In this document: piece by piece, positions 26,601-33,744 of the stretch
Layout of the letters: every line of letters begins with the position of its first letter
Numbering within the stretch: position 1 is the stretch's first letter
Source of the DNA: a virus
Strand: one strand, 5' to 3'
IMG/VR virus record: IMGVR_UViG_3300043788_000131
Span: 1 to 64,000 of that record
DNA: 64,000 nucleotides
The notes under the pieces: model-generated
Database searches by the model: none
Told to the model about the DNA's origin: nothing
The model's input: only the letters and a program-made list of their open reading frames with translations
Translations under genes and position numbers: made by a program

Positions 26601-29600
26601 TGTCCGGCGGCTCGTATTTGAGGATGACCCGCTTGGAGAGGATGGCGGCCTGCTTGGCGCTAGCCTTGCGGACCTTGCCGCCGGTGCGCGCCGCCTTGGT
26701 GTTGGTGATGGCCGGCCGGTAGCCGCTTTCGAGCGACATCAGCAACGGACCGTCCGGCATTTCGTTGAGAAGCCGCATGTTTGATGGATCATGCAGCAAG
26801 CCATTCTTGTCGGTATAGCCGCGATAGGCCGCGGCGAGCCGGCCGCGGTTGCCCTCCATCACTTTCGCCGGTGCGTCCTGGGTCTCAATCTCGATCTGCC
26901 GGCGTAGCGCATCGCGCATTCGGGTGAGATCGGACACCCGATCGAAGCGGGTGGCGCCCAGGCGCAGGGGCTGCGGCACTTCGTTGTTCGGGAAATACTT
27001 GCGCTCGTAGACGTTGCGGGTGCCCTGTTTGACCCTGACGCCCTTTGCGTCGACCTTGGGCTCCAGGGTGAACCAGCGGCCCTCATTGTCCATCATCAAC
27101 TGGCGCGACCAGGGCGTGTCGGCGTCGACAACGCGCTTGATCGGCTCGAAGTCGCCGTTTGCGGTCTCGCGTTCCGCGATTTGGGTGAGCGCGCCCTTGT
27201 CGTCGTACTCAAGATGGCCGGGCTCAAGCCCGCGCAGCGCGATCTTGATGCTGTCGGATAGCGTCTCGAAACGCTTGAGCGTGCGGTCAATGACCTCCTT
27301 GCCGAGGTCGAGCTTGTTCTTGGGCAAGCGCTCGACGGCCTTGTCCAGCAAGTCCTGATATTCGTCCTTGTCCGCCAGCTTTACGTTGAGTTTGCCGCCG
27401 GCACGCATGGTGCCGGAGCGCTCCAGGCGCCCGACGATCATATCGGGATGATCGGCGAAGTAGCGGTTGACCTTCAGCGGCTCGCCGCCGAGCGGGTCCT
27501 TTACCTCTTCGGTATCGAGCCATGGGACCTTGCGCTGCAGTTCGCCTCGCGCCCTGGCGCGTAGGTCTGCGTCCTCTCTGCTCTTGCCGGGGGCTTGCGT
27601 CGCGTCGATGAGGTCCTGGATTTCCTTCTCTTCCTCCGGCGTGCGGCGCTGCATTGCCACGAGGTCGGTAACAACTTCGGTGCGCGCGTTCTCCTTGAAC
27701 GCCGTATCAGGAAGGCGAATGGCGCCGAGAAGATCGGCTTTTACCGCCATCTTCTCGCGCGCGGATGCTACCTGCGCATCGAGCAGATAGTGAGAGACCA
27801 CGGCGATGTGCAAGCCGCCCGGCTGCAGGGCGTCAAGCGACGCGAGGAAGAATTGATTGTGGATCGACTGCCCGTAGAGTTCGGGCTTGTGCTGGAACCG
27901 CAGCGATTCCTTGCCGAAGGGCGGGTTGCCGATCGAAAGCACGAATTCGCCGTCCGGCAGCGGCAACTTCTCGAAGCCGGTGTGAAGGACAGTCTCTTGC
28001 GGGTAAAGTGCCTTGGCGATGCGCGCAGTGATGCTGTCGATCTCCGCGCCGATGAAATGCGTCTGCCCGGCGAGGCGTTCGGGAATGAGGCCGAGGAAAT
28101 TGCCGGTCCCCATCGAGGATTCGAGTGCGAGGCCGCCCTTGAACCCAAGCCTCTCGGCAATCTTCCAGGCGGCATCGACGATCGCCTTGGAGGTGTAATG
28201 GGCGGCGAGCGTGGAATGCTGGGCGGCGCGAAGCTCTTCCTTGGTCAGGAGTGGTTCGAGGGTCTCGCCGCGCTCCTTCCAGTCCGGCTTGAACTCATTG
28301 GTGCCGGGCTGGCGGAAGGCGTTCGCCAGCCCGCCCCAGCCGACATAGCGGGCGAGGATGCGCTGCTCGGCCGACGTCGGGCGTCGGTCCTCGGCCTCGA
28401 TCTTCTTGAGGGTCTCGATGGCCGCGATGTTGTCCCAGAATTTGACGCCCTCGGAGCCCTTGCCAAGTTCCGTCTCGTTGGTGATGCGGTAGTTGACCGC
28501 CGGGACGCTGGGCGCCTGCTCGGGCTTTACATCTGGGAGGCGGGGGGCGGATTCTTTTGGTACTCGCGCTCCATTTCCCGCAACTCCTCCTCCTGCTCGT
28601 CGTCCTCCGGCGGAGCCTCCGGCTGTAGGAGGATGTGCTGCGGGAGCGCCACTTCCCGCGCCTCCGAAATCGAATAGTGACGGTCCTGCATCAGGTGCTC
28701 GATTTCCCTTTGCGCCAGGACGGCCGCCGCGTGCACCTCCTCCGGGTACTTGCCCTCCTGCTTGAGTTTGCGGACCTTCTCCGGGAGCCACTCCGCCCAA
28801 TGCTTTCGGGCCAGACTTTCCAGTTCTTGGACGCTCATCAGGGGTCTCCCAATCAAACAGCGACGTTTGACCAGCCTTCTTGGGCTTCTCAGTGATTTGT
28901 GGTGGCGGGGCCGGCGGCGCAACCTGATCGGGGAAGGCGTTCTGCGGCCTTGCAAGTTCCCCAAGGCGCTTTTGTGCATACTCTTTTTGCGCTGCTTCAA
29001 ATTCGGCACGGTTGATGACGGTGTTACCGGGTCTGGACGGCTCTACGCCGCGGCGCGCTCGCACTTCCCATTTTGGACCAAACCGATCCCTCATAAAATC
29101 GAGGAAGCGGGGCCCGGTAGCCAAATCTATAATCTCTGGGTAAGTGAGTTCGCGGGGCCCAGACGGGGCAGCCTCGCTTACCTTTTTTGCCTCTACGGAA
29201 GCCGCTGGTGCGCGTTCCTGTTTGGTGGGGGCTACTCGCGCCTTCTCGGCTTCATACGCTTGGCGGGCCGCATCGCGGACGTCGTAGGCCTTGCGCAGCG
29301 CACTTCCTGGTTCGCCCTTGCCGGCGGCGCCATACCTCTTATCACCAGCCTCTTTGCCGAATGCTTTCTGAAGTTCGGCCGACCATGCATCATCGGCCTT
29401 CTGAAGGGCCATATCGAGTTCGGTAAGACCGTGAGGCTTTGGTTGAGCCAGCAGGTCGAGTTGATTGCGCTGGTCACCAAACAGGCCGCCCTCAAGTGGC
29501 TTCTGCGCGACCTTTGGCTTTAGGGGCTCGCCTGCTCGCCGCCGGGCAAGCTCGGCACCGCTTCGCTGCTCGCTGCCGGGGATGACAAGTTGGGGGCGTC

Positions 29601-32600
29601 CTTCGGCTCCGGGCTCTGCGCCGTATTTGGGCTCGGGCTCTGCGAGTCGTCGTCCCATGCGCTCGTCGCCAGTCCGTGGGCCATTCTCCCCAGCCCCGGT
29701 TGGCCGGTTGACGCCGCCACCCTCTTGCCCATGCGCCCGAGCAGAAGCGCCCTGGGTTTTCGCAGCCGCCGCCGCTTTAAGCTCATTAGAGGTTACCTTC
29801 GGTATGCCAAGCGCCAAGCCTTCCTCGGTCGAGACCTTGGCTGCCTCGCGAGCGTAGAACTCAAGAGCTTCCGCAATCTTTGCTGTTCCGAGAGCCCGAC
29901 GAGTCCGCGGGTCGTAGAACAGCCGCACCAGATAGTCGACGTCGTTCTTGTATGTATCGAACGCATCTTCCTGCGCAAGGTAGTCGTCGATCTTCATGCC
30001 CTTGGAGCGAACGTCCGCCGTTCGTTTGACGGCCTCCAATAGGTCAGCAGTGATGTCCAATTCCTCGGGGGTGCGGCCGGCGTCGATCTCGGCCCGCATC
30101 TTTGCCCATGTTGGCGCCGCGGCTGTAAGCGCATTCGAGATCGACTTCACGTCATCGTCGGTCGATTCCGTGATGCGCGCGAGGATGTCAGCGTCGCCAT
30201 AGGCCTTGGCCAGGATGGCGTTGCGAACGCGGGTCAGGCCCTCAGCCGAGAGACCGCCGCCGGCACTCGTGAGATTGCCCCGCTCGGACGCCGGCAGTGC
30301 ACCAACAAATGACCGGACAAAGGCGCGGTTCTCCAAAGAGCCAAGGTCGCTGTCACGTATCTGGTCGAGCATATCCGGCGTGACATGGCCTGCGTCGGCC
30401 ATAGCGCGTTCAGGAGCGGACATTGAAAGGGTGGCGGCCTGATTGGCGGCAACCACGAAATCGCGACGCTCGGCCTCGTCCAGGTCGCTGACGCGCTGTC
30501 TGACCAGGACCGGCTCTTTGTACTTCGAGACATCGACGCCCTGGGCCGTGAGCCAGTCGCGGTATTTCTTGGCGTTCGCCCCGTGGCCGCTGATGACGCC
30601 GTAGATTTTGCGCAGCGCCAGCACCCGGCCATTGCCGCTCTCGACCATCTTGTCGGGCCCGACGATCGGGGCGCCGCGATCGGCCTCAGCCGAGTAGCCC
30701 AGGCGCTCGGGATCGAGTTTGGTGGCAATCTCGCGGATCTGCGCTTGGCTCGCCGCGCGATCGCGTTGGCGTGGCTGCAGGGCGGCGTCGTAGCCCTTGT
30801 CTGCTGACGTGATAAGGTCGGCCGCTTCAACAACAACCGGCTTGACCTTTACAGACGCGCCATCGGCCGCGGTGACCTTGTGGTCACCGATTTTTTCTAC
30901 CGGCTGTCCGATCAGGGGAGCGCTGGAGGCTTTGGGGGAAGTTTGAGATTTCCGAGGGGGGGCTTCTGCACGCTGCCGAGGCTCGCGGGGAGTGCTTTCG
31001 GGAGGGCGCTGCCCGCTGGCGGTGCCGCGAACGGGATGCTCTCCTGCTTCGGCACGACCGGGCTTCCCAGCGCCTTCGGCGGCGACAGGGCCGGCACCGC
31101 CTTCGGCAGGGCGAGCTTCTTCGCCGCCCGGAACTCGTTCAGGCGCAGCCGCGGGAGCCGCGGGAGCCGCCCCACCAGTTCCGGTGCCGCGTGCTTCAGG
31201 GCGTGACTTGCTTGCCCCTCGGGGCGATAAAGCTGCGGCGACTTCTTCACCGAATTCCTCCTTGACCTGCTCGGGCGCCAGCAGGCCATCGGCCACCAAA
31301 TCGCGGGCAACCGCGACTTTGAAGGCCATGTTGGGGGCAAGCCCCTCGCGAGCGTGAATTTCGGCGGCATGCGCGATCGAGCGCGGCCGCAGGGTATTGG
31401 TGGGGATCTGGTTCTCGCGAAGCATCTTCTCGATGGCTTCGCGGTGCGCCGCGGTGACGTGGATCTCGGGAGGTTCCGGTGTGCGAACAGGGCCGGAAGT
31501 CGCCCCTGTTTTCGCACTAGCGGGCTTGGCGCCCACGACCCCCACCCCTCCGGCGGCCGTGGGTTCCCGCCCACCCGATACATTATATATGGCATCCGAC
31601 ACGGGCCGGGTGAGGTCGCCCTTCCGCCACTCCCGGAACTCGTCGATCGAGAGCGCCCGCATGCCCCCCATCTGGCTGGGGCGCTTCCCGTCCGTCGCCT
31701 TATAGGCCTCGATCGCCTCGATCGGGGTTTGAAAGCCGGCGAAAACCTTGTGCTGCTTGAATTTGCCGGTGTCCCGGTCGAGTTCGTCGATCACATAGAC
31801 CGTGGGCGCCGTGGGATGCTGCCCAAAGTAGGCGTCGAGGTGATCCCCATCGGCGCCGGTCGTACCCTTGAAGTACCCGTGCGCGGTCGGAAAGTGCTGG
31901 TCGTAGGGTGTGCCGTCCGGTGCGATCCCCTTGCGGACGCCGCCGGCTCCGGCTTCGAGCGTCGCATCCATGCCGTTCCAAGTGACATGGACCCGCTGGG
32001 TATTGTTCGCCTCGCCCTGGGCGTGGCTGTAGTTCTCGTTGACCAGATCGCCGGCACGTTTGACGTCGGCGGCTGACTTGAGGTCGATCGGCTGATCGCG
32101 CGTTCCCGGTCCGGCTTCCTCGGCGCCCGTCATGCCGCCGTAGCCTTCGTGCTCCCGGATGATCGCTTCCTTTTCCTCCGGCGACCAGCCAGCGATTTCG
32201 TCCTCAGTGAAGAAGCGACGCAGGATTTCGTCATCGCTCGCGAGGCCCCCGGCGGGGTGCCCGCGGGCTACATCCTCGGGCGCCATCGTCGAAATATCGC
32301 GCTTCGAAAAACCCTTCGCCGACAGGGCGTCGGCCTTGGTCATATACCTGCGCATATCTTTGAGATTGGCGTTGCGCAGTTCGTCGTCGGTGAACCAGAA
32401 ATCCCTCTTCAGTTGGTCCTTCATTCCAGCGAAAGCGCGGCGTTTTTGTTCCTCCGCCGTTGGTGCTGGCGTTTCGTCCCACTGTTTCTGCCAAGCCTGA
32501 TGCGCAGCCGTGCGCGCGGCTTTTTCTTCTTCTGGGATCTGCGATTCTTCGTGCTTGCGCCGGTCTTCGTCGGCAGTCGTGTCCCCCGTGCCCGTGCCCG

Positions 32601-33741
32601 TGTTGGTGGCGCCCCGATTCTTCAGCCCTTCGAGGCCAGCGTGACCCGCGCCGAGGACGCCGCCGGTTAGGGCTTCAGCCGCAATACGCTTTGGATCAAA
32701 CTCATATCCGGCCTTCGGATTGTAGAGTTGGTCGATCTTGGCCTGGATGGCTGTTTGTAGCTCGCCGATGCCGGTGAAGGCGGCAGCGTCAATAGTGCCA
32801 TCGAGCAGCATCTTTACGGCGAGGCTCGCCGCCTTCGGCGCAAATCCTCTCAGGACTGCAGCGAGCGGAATGCTCCCGAGCGTCGCTTGCAGTGCACCTG
32901 ACTTGGACGCCGCATCGCGAGCCGTGGCTTCGTCAGCGCCCGCCTCCTTCGCCGCCTTGTAGGTCTCGCCGACGCCCGAAAGGCCAAAGAGGGCCGCACC
33001 GCCTACGATCGCGGCGGCCTCGGGCACGCCTGGGATCATTGCCGCGCCGATCACCGCGCCAGCGGTGCCGAGGCCCGAGCCGACTTGGCCGGTGAAGGAC
33101 GCCTGCTCTTCTTTGGTAAGCGGGATGTTTTTTCCGAATTGCTCGACCGCCTCGCCGGCTTTGTAGAGCGAGGATTCCTCGGGTTTTGGAGCGGGCTCGT
33201 TTGCGGTGATGCGCGTGTCAGCCGTGGCGAGACCCTGAAGGGCGTGGCCGGCCATGGAGATAGGGGCTCGCGCCGCGGCTCTGCCAAGAGTGCTGGCTGC
33301 GTCGAGCGCACCGGGGATACCAAGTAATGGAACGGCGCCGCGTACCGCGGCCTTGCCGAGACTGCTGGCAATGCTGCCGAGCGTCGATGGCTGCTGTGCC
33401 GGTGCCGCCTGGGCCTCTTCGGGTTGGTCATTCGGGCGCGGCGGCTCTTGTACGCCGCCTGCCGGCATGCCGAATTCCGCGAAGTCTGGGCCCTGGTTGG
33501 CGTGCTCTTTATCAGCACCAAATTCCGCGAAGTCGAGATTCTCCGCCTTTTGCCGCTCTTGGGCGCGCTGGGCGAGCTTGTCCTGTTGCTTGCGGATAAG
33601 CCGATTGACTACCGTCTGTGGATCAACGGCGCCGTTCTGGGCAAGGTCCGGCGCGCGCTGACCGATAAAATCTCTGAGGCTCTGACCTGGGTCCTGGTCA
33701 GTTTGCGGGTCGGTCGCCCCGAGCGCGTCTTCGAGAGCCAT
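17635..33741 (-). CDS. 5368-aa polyvalent virion/ejection protein, DarB-like (PPase, ParB, N6-adenine MTase, SNF2 helicase, RelA/SpoT NTase, JAB, TGT-like)
   Basis: GYFKGTTGADGDHLD (~31850); VESGNGRVLAL (~30630); SSMGTGNF and GNPPFG (~28110, ~27920); DHVVGAGKT and DEAH (~25765, ~25270); HLRDSFRFK..GFR..VEYYL (~22700-22510); HTHPS..LSEGD (~21750); DNGAFS..PDIIGG..DSSDSTN (~20900-20450). Confidence 0.93.
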   Translation of the reverse strand: MALEDALGATDPQTDQDPGQSLRDFIGQRAPDLAQNGAVDPQTVVNRLIRKQQDKLAQRAQERQKAENLDFAEFGADKEHANQGPDFAEFGMPAGGVQEPPRPNDQPEEAQAAPAQQPSTLGSIASSLGKAAVRGAVPLLGIPGALDAASTLGRAAARAPISMAGHALQGLATADTRITANEPAPKPEESSLYKAGEAVEQFGKNIPLTKEEQASFTGQVGSGLGTAGAVIGAAMIPGVPEAAAIVGGAALFGLSGVGETYKAAKEAGADEATARDAASKSGALQATLGSIPLAAVLRGFAPKAASLAVKMLLDGTIDAAAFTGIGELQTAIQAKIDQLYNPKAGYEFDPKRIAAEALTGGVLGAGHAGLEGLKNRGATNTGTGTGDTTADEDRRKHEESQIPEEEKAARTAAHQAWQKQWDETPAPTAEEQKRRAFAGMKDQLKRDFWFTDDELRNANLKDMRRYMTKADALSAKGFSKRDISTMAPEDVARGHPAGGLASDDEILRRFFTEDEIAGWSPEEKEAIIREHEGYGGMTGAEEAGPGTRDQPIDLKSAADVKRAGDLVNENYSHAQGEANNTQRVHVTWNGMDATLEAGAGGVRKGIAPDGTPYDQHFPTAHGYFKGTTGADGDHLDAYFGQHPTAPTVYVIDELDRDTGKFKQHKVFAGFQTPIEAIEAYKATDGKRPSQMGGMRALSIDEFREWRKGDLTRPVSDAIYNVSGGREPTAAGGVGVVGAKPASAKTGATSGPVRTPEPPEIHVTAAHREAIEKMLRENQIPTNTLRPRSIAHAAEIHAREGLAPNMAFKVAVARDLVADGLLAPEQVKEEFGEEVAAALSPRGASKSRPEARGTGTGGAAPAAPAAAPERVPGGEEARPAEGGAGPVAAEGAGKPGRAEAGEHPVRGTASGQRPPESTPREPRQRAEAPPRKSQTSPKASSAPLIGQPVEKIGDHKVTAADGASVKVKPVVVEAADLITSADKGYDAALQPRQRDRAASQAQIREIATKLDPERLGYSAEADRGAPIVGPDKMVESGNGRVLALRKIYGVISGHGANAKKYRDWLTAQGVDVSKYKEPVLVRQRVSDLDEAERRDFVVAANQAATLSMSAPERAMADAGHVTPDMLDQIRDSDLGSLENRAFVRSFVGALPASERGNLTSAGGGLSAEGLTRVRNAILAKAYGDADILARITESTDDDVKSISNALTAAAPTWAKMRAEIDAGRTPEELDITADLLEAVKRTADVRSKGMKIDDYLAQEDAFDTYKNDVDYLVRLFYDPRTRRALGTAKIAEALEFYAREAAKVSTEEGLALGIPKVTSNELKAAAAAKTQGASARAHGQEGGGVNRPTGAGENGPRTGDERMGRRLAEPEPKYGAEPGAEGRPQLVIPGSEQRSGAELARRRAGEPLKPKVAQKPLEGGLFGDQRNQLDLLAQPKPHGLTELDMALQKADDAWSAELQKAFGKEAGDKRYGAAGKGEPGSALRKAYDVRDAARQAYEAEKARVAPTKQERAPAASVEAKKVSEAAPSGPRELTYPEIIDLATGPRFLDFMRDRFGPKWEVRARRGVEPSRPGNTVINRAEFEAAQKEYAQKRLGELARPQNAFPDQVAPPAPPPQITEKPKKAGQTSLFDWETPDERPRTGKSGPKALGGVAPGEGPQTQAGGQVPGGGARGGRPGAKGNRAPDAGPSLFDFGGAGSGAPAAHPPTAGGSAGGRRAGGGVAGNGARVPKESAPRLPDVKPEQAPSVPAVNYRITNETELGKGSEGVKFWDNIAAIETLKKIEAEDRRPTSAEQRILARYVGWGGLANAFRQPGTNEFKPDWKERGETLEPLLTKEELRAAQHSTLAAHYTSKAIVDAAWKIAERLGFKGGLALESSMGTGNFLGLIPERLAGQTHFIGAEIDSITARIAKALYPQETVLHTGFEKLPLPDGEFVLSIGNPPFGKESLRFQHKPELYGQSIHNQFFLASLDALQPGGLHIAVVSHYLLDAQVASAREKMAVKADLLGAIRLPDTAFKENARTEVVTDLVAMQRRTPEEEKEIQDLIDATQAPGKSREDADLRARARGELQRKVPWLDTEEVKDPLGGEPLKVNRYFADHPDMIVGRLERSGTMRAGGKLNVKLADKDEYQDLLDKAVERLPKNKLDLGKEVIDRTLKRFETLSDSIKIALRGLEPGHLEYDDKGALTQIAERETANGDFEPIKRVVDADTPWSRQLMMDNEGRWFTLEPKVDAKGVRVKQGTRNVYERKYFPNNEVPQPLRLGATRFDRVSDLTRMRDALRRQIEIETQDAPAKVMEGNRGRLAAAYRGYTDKNGLLHDPSNMRLLNEMPDGPLLMSLESGYRPAITNTKAARTGGKVRKASAKQAAILSKRVILKYEPPDKAASPADALAISLSERGFIDVPRVAKLLDIPEDKVGEALSAGDKPLAFYDPELQRWEPRSAYLSGQVRRKLAAARGAGLEKNVKELEAVQPEEWTADQVTPLMGSNWIPPKVYEDFAKHLLGVDSATVNYAKATNAFNFLTSEYGEGKHAEWGTPDMPPDAIIRGLLNSKLPKVMAPTYGADGRVVGEHVDKEATALVALKAREITQAFADWVYRDGDRRRELVGIYNDKMNTRTPRQHDGRHLTLPGKSPDISLRRHIYNAIWRGIYERNMLVDHVVGAGKTFTTIGMVMEKRRMGLVKKPMIAVPNHLVEQWASEAYRLYPGARVLAAGKNQFDKKNRRKLFARIATGDWDMVIVPHSSFGFIKIAPETETRFLEEELRVAQQALADAEADAPPGRFKHYTVKEAERLVSKIEARLAGLRGGRRDSMLTFEQMGVDHLVVDEAHEFKNLFYSSRMQGVRGMGDKSGSQKAFDLYNKIKVLNESPTGAVTFLTGTPISNSAVEMYTMMRYLAAKELRELGLEHFDAWRSQFVSAEPKWEPTESGHGLKEVTRLGRSWSNMRALMDLYHSFTDSVTQEDINRWYAEDNNGADFPIPKVAGGGMQTHVLKPTAAQIMALGEIINGFDHLDDISDQKERNAERLRLMDRARKVSLDVRAVDANHPSKEEGGKLEVTADEVARIYKKWNKDKGTQLIFLDRSVPKSRGDAAILKQYDKLIAKRRDAIAANDEEGERRANDELEKYDPNEMAELRRAQQGGWNAYQQLKDNLIARGVPADEIRFMQEANNDAEKKEMIDSVNAGEVRVLIGSTQRMGAGMNAQERIVGGHHEDVTWKPSDIEQRRGRWVRQGNKLLEKYGKDFELEEHNYVTERTIDAKMWDLNAEKLRMVNGIRKYDGSFEMDFADEEAVSMAEIAALASGDPMLLERVKLSGEIEKLEMQERGFRRKMDGIEDAIDRAKRSIADFPEAIAKTRAAADDMQARRDVVEAEAAKRSITIEGKKYDESSRASGAANKAAQDIIDAQKGGDENAKYKINVDGEDITNQKDLTTAFANAFGDFEPFEATIGGKTFTRRWTAAKELTPKVMEAPDGNLKLGRVLGADLEAEIASGDQSTQMVFGLTDGGKTISASELHNIPKDLLVDAGAFTRAIEKALHEIDKDTRSVAMSRGDWMQARIDAAEKALPELEAQQGQQSPYAGKLAEMRDKLRGVIAELARRTDHPAEYEESQIVNPIDRKATPEEKARQLQALSEANKPIVQDFIDQIDRDFGTESKWNEKLPENIISKGSRPSILKQKPWHGIEHLRDSFRFKTILNDIRELPEIAARLPPIGASIIKSDTAKVLKPKEWGFRIAVFDLRMPNGQLVEYYLPIREMEAAKKEGHKLFERWRNRDQADLSEQETKDMAADMQRSRDLYQGAWDAYLARTGISESEVRAALSKVATSEGSETGVQSAASSPTVIENRSQAPEERTAENLSDVSNTYTTERSWSPTYAPEAITPSTENIGVPNSTGNMLRDRWDIPVDPNQAPFEWKSPPRPAPAGPMVAEDRGPFYIDPNRPAGQQAQDYLLRQGISTGLEHLLAIDEKGNAVLHLRGQAKNVAFDDDMLKAFADANNRLAVHHTHPSNGALSEGDIGMLGWPGVESIWAHGHGGNVTRGALTDFGRSLLGPDAKHNAASLGRIASFIGQKQILPLLTELVHERKLLPIATANKMHHVLIGEVLRQAGILHFHTTNDYRAEIKDLGLQPYIKQAADTLRRSIPNAASQPRPGDDRSTGNVFRHLGDVGATFERRAPAPAGRPEPRVADRASGGNGRAQAPPATRQLDFAFAHPENIVGFSDTKDLFRDKHDMQKHVVFGLPLNPLSALEQLKGCSFCVSYGTRIKLGKQLDDAIRLVGKDGILLVDNGAFSMWRRGEGTFTPEAVEGFEKWAQGILDRSPQAVAVIPDIIGGTEQENARLVRETNLPSDRAMPIWHMHESLDYLRWLLEGGFNHLGIGSSGDFKDPGTPEWHRRIDEALAFVKQVEDENGNGGVRPRIHMMRAQSQAHLYPFDSSDSTNVAVNHGRYRETHPGPEHIARMAGGIKERIEGSATGESARHQELRPLDDHTKQAAWEHDKQFADLANWFDANFEVTERQGDLFGSGFEAPRTNYGPQPPRPRGASQQPPRVGPPRPITGGIAKMPVAKQVKAFWMKSFQPELFSDDAMRALPVIAKFKSASQSEKDGIIDRDHKDWEYWNKQPAAEGLRWMKEAETGQRPTNLREALMAAHYRNAMDTDWALGKQYGSQADFVENYFPHVWQKPDDYSAWARTQTAQHGPTWFQKKRTYELIEDGLAAGMKLKFPNPIDAINHRLISGADQRNKMAMIYELKKMGLAWEGSGSPATGAMVKRGWQIINAPDRKQWVIAPDVQQLWKNMVDAKGLWMAQGFWGGTFRAWMGLKNVWVPIKLSLSAFHPLHVVGIDWANGTARAVSALVKGHDPATALKALMDAPLGPFWTHPRRGAEGRAAWLKADTARSPYERYMVSAMNDGGFIPQMDEQQKIAASKAFKEAYWRIRKGEAGVPDWAKYFWGGMRLPIELTQKALFEKWIPALKTNAYLEAYADLMRRNPQYQLDDVSRRVAAHAIAKSIDNRYGEMNYKNLPWDPILADAAKASFLSLGWNLGFVREFGGAAMEAGTRPLGRVFPAFAPSGPRKIARDATNKIPFALAYVAISAMLAGLITWLMTGEKPTGDDYTFPRIGGLNPDGSPRRVTTMFYNRELPMLQKHIQERGGNIPMGAAAMLWNKQMYEPFVEMWNNRNYYGYNITDENAPWYQRTWQLLKHIYGDQFNPMSVSGAKHAASLSGHPFPSKGEIFAHPEKLWDAITSAGVGLSVLGFGPAPAYVEKNAIQNRIAYLYNEGQGKKSFEKGENMEAMMEARQSYLIAKRDKDWTGTQEARQKLIKLGMKPDSISKLGTESQDVYQFSRLDNEDQKAILQQATTEERHRYWPRPTKTSKP
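21147..21335 (-). CDS. nested out-of-frame small protein directly after JAB domain
   Basis: AAGGAG 8 nt before ATG; globular-looking sequence while host frame is a low-complexity R/P/A linker. Confidence 0.6.
   Translation of the reverse strand: MPQANPAQVMIDPPEMYSGTLAMWEQHLNDVLRLPQEDPSREWLIEQAEEMVALRRRQPPAS
22079..22107 (+). promoter_or_regulatory. sigma70-type promoter for nested antisense gene
   Basis: TTGCCG-N17-TATATT, 16 nt upstream of ATG 22124 with GGAGGG RBS between. Confidence 0.65.
22124..22351 (+). CDS. nested antisense 75-aa protein adjacent to RelA/SpoT domain (candidate antitoxin)
   Basis: own promoter, GGAGGG RBS; MASGAYVGDHDLSVVYVFDTSDKFSAVRSSGAWERF...WTPVSDPSEVATLLKAARTSLS. 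Confidence 0.7.
   Translation: MASGAYVGDHDLSVVYVFDTSDKFSAVRSSGAWERFSMTVGELAADWTPVSDPSEVATLLKAARTSLSEMPVRAK
28527..28838 (-). CDS. nested out-of-frame 103-aa helical protein before MTase domain (TnpV-like by eye)
   Basis: GGGAG RBS; MSVQELESLARKHWAEWLPEKVRKLKQEGKY...EAREVALPQHILLQPE; host frame is G/R/P linker. Confidence 0.75.
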   Translation of the reverse strand: MSVQELESLARKHWAEWLPEKVRKLKQEGKYPEEVHAAAVLAQREIEHLMQDRHYSISEAREVALPQHILLQPEAPPEDDEQEEELREMEREYQKNPPPASQM

Positions 33742-33744
33742 CTA

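Noticed and set aside
18058-28677. Long plus-strand ORFs (e.g. 18058-19770, 22870-24525, 25399-26346, 27595-28677) opposite the giant gene
   Set aside because: Typical shadow ORFs of GC-rich coding DNA: no RBS or promoter, no motifs, and they overlap conserved domains rather than linkers.
17635-33741. Virion RNA polymerase (N4-like) or intein explanation for the giant ORF
   Set aside because: No RNAP catalytic or intein splice motifs were recognised; the motifs fit MTase/SNF2 polyvalent proteins.
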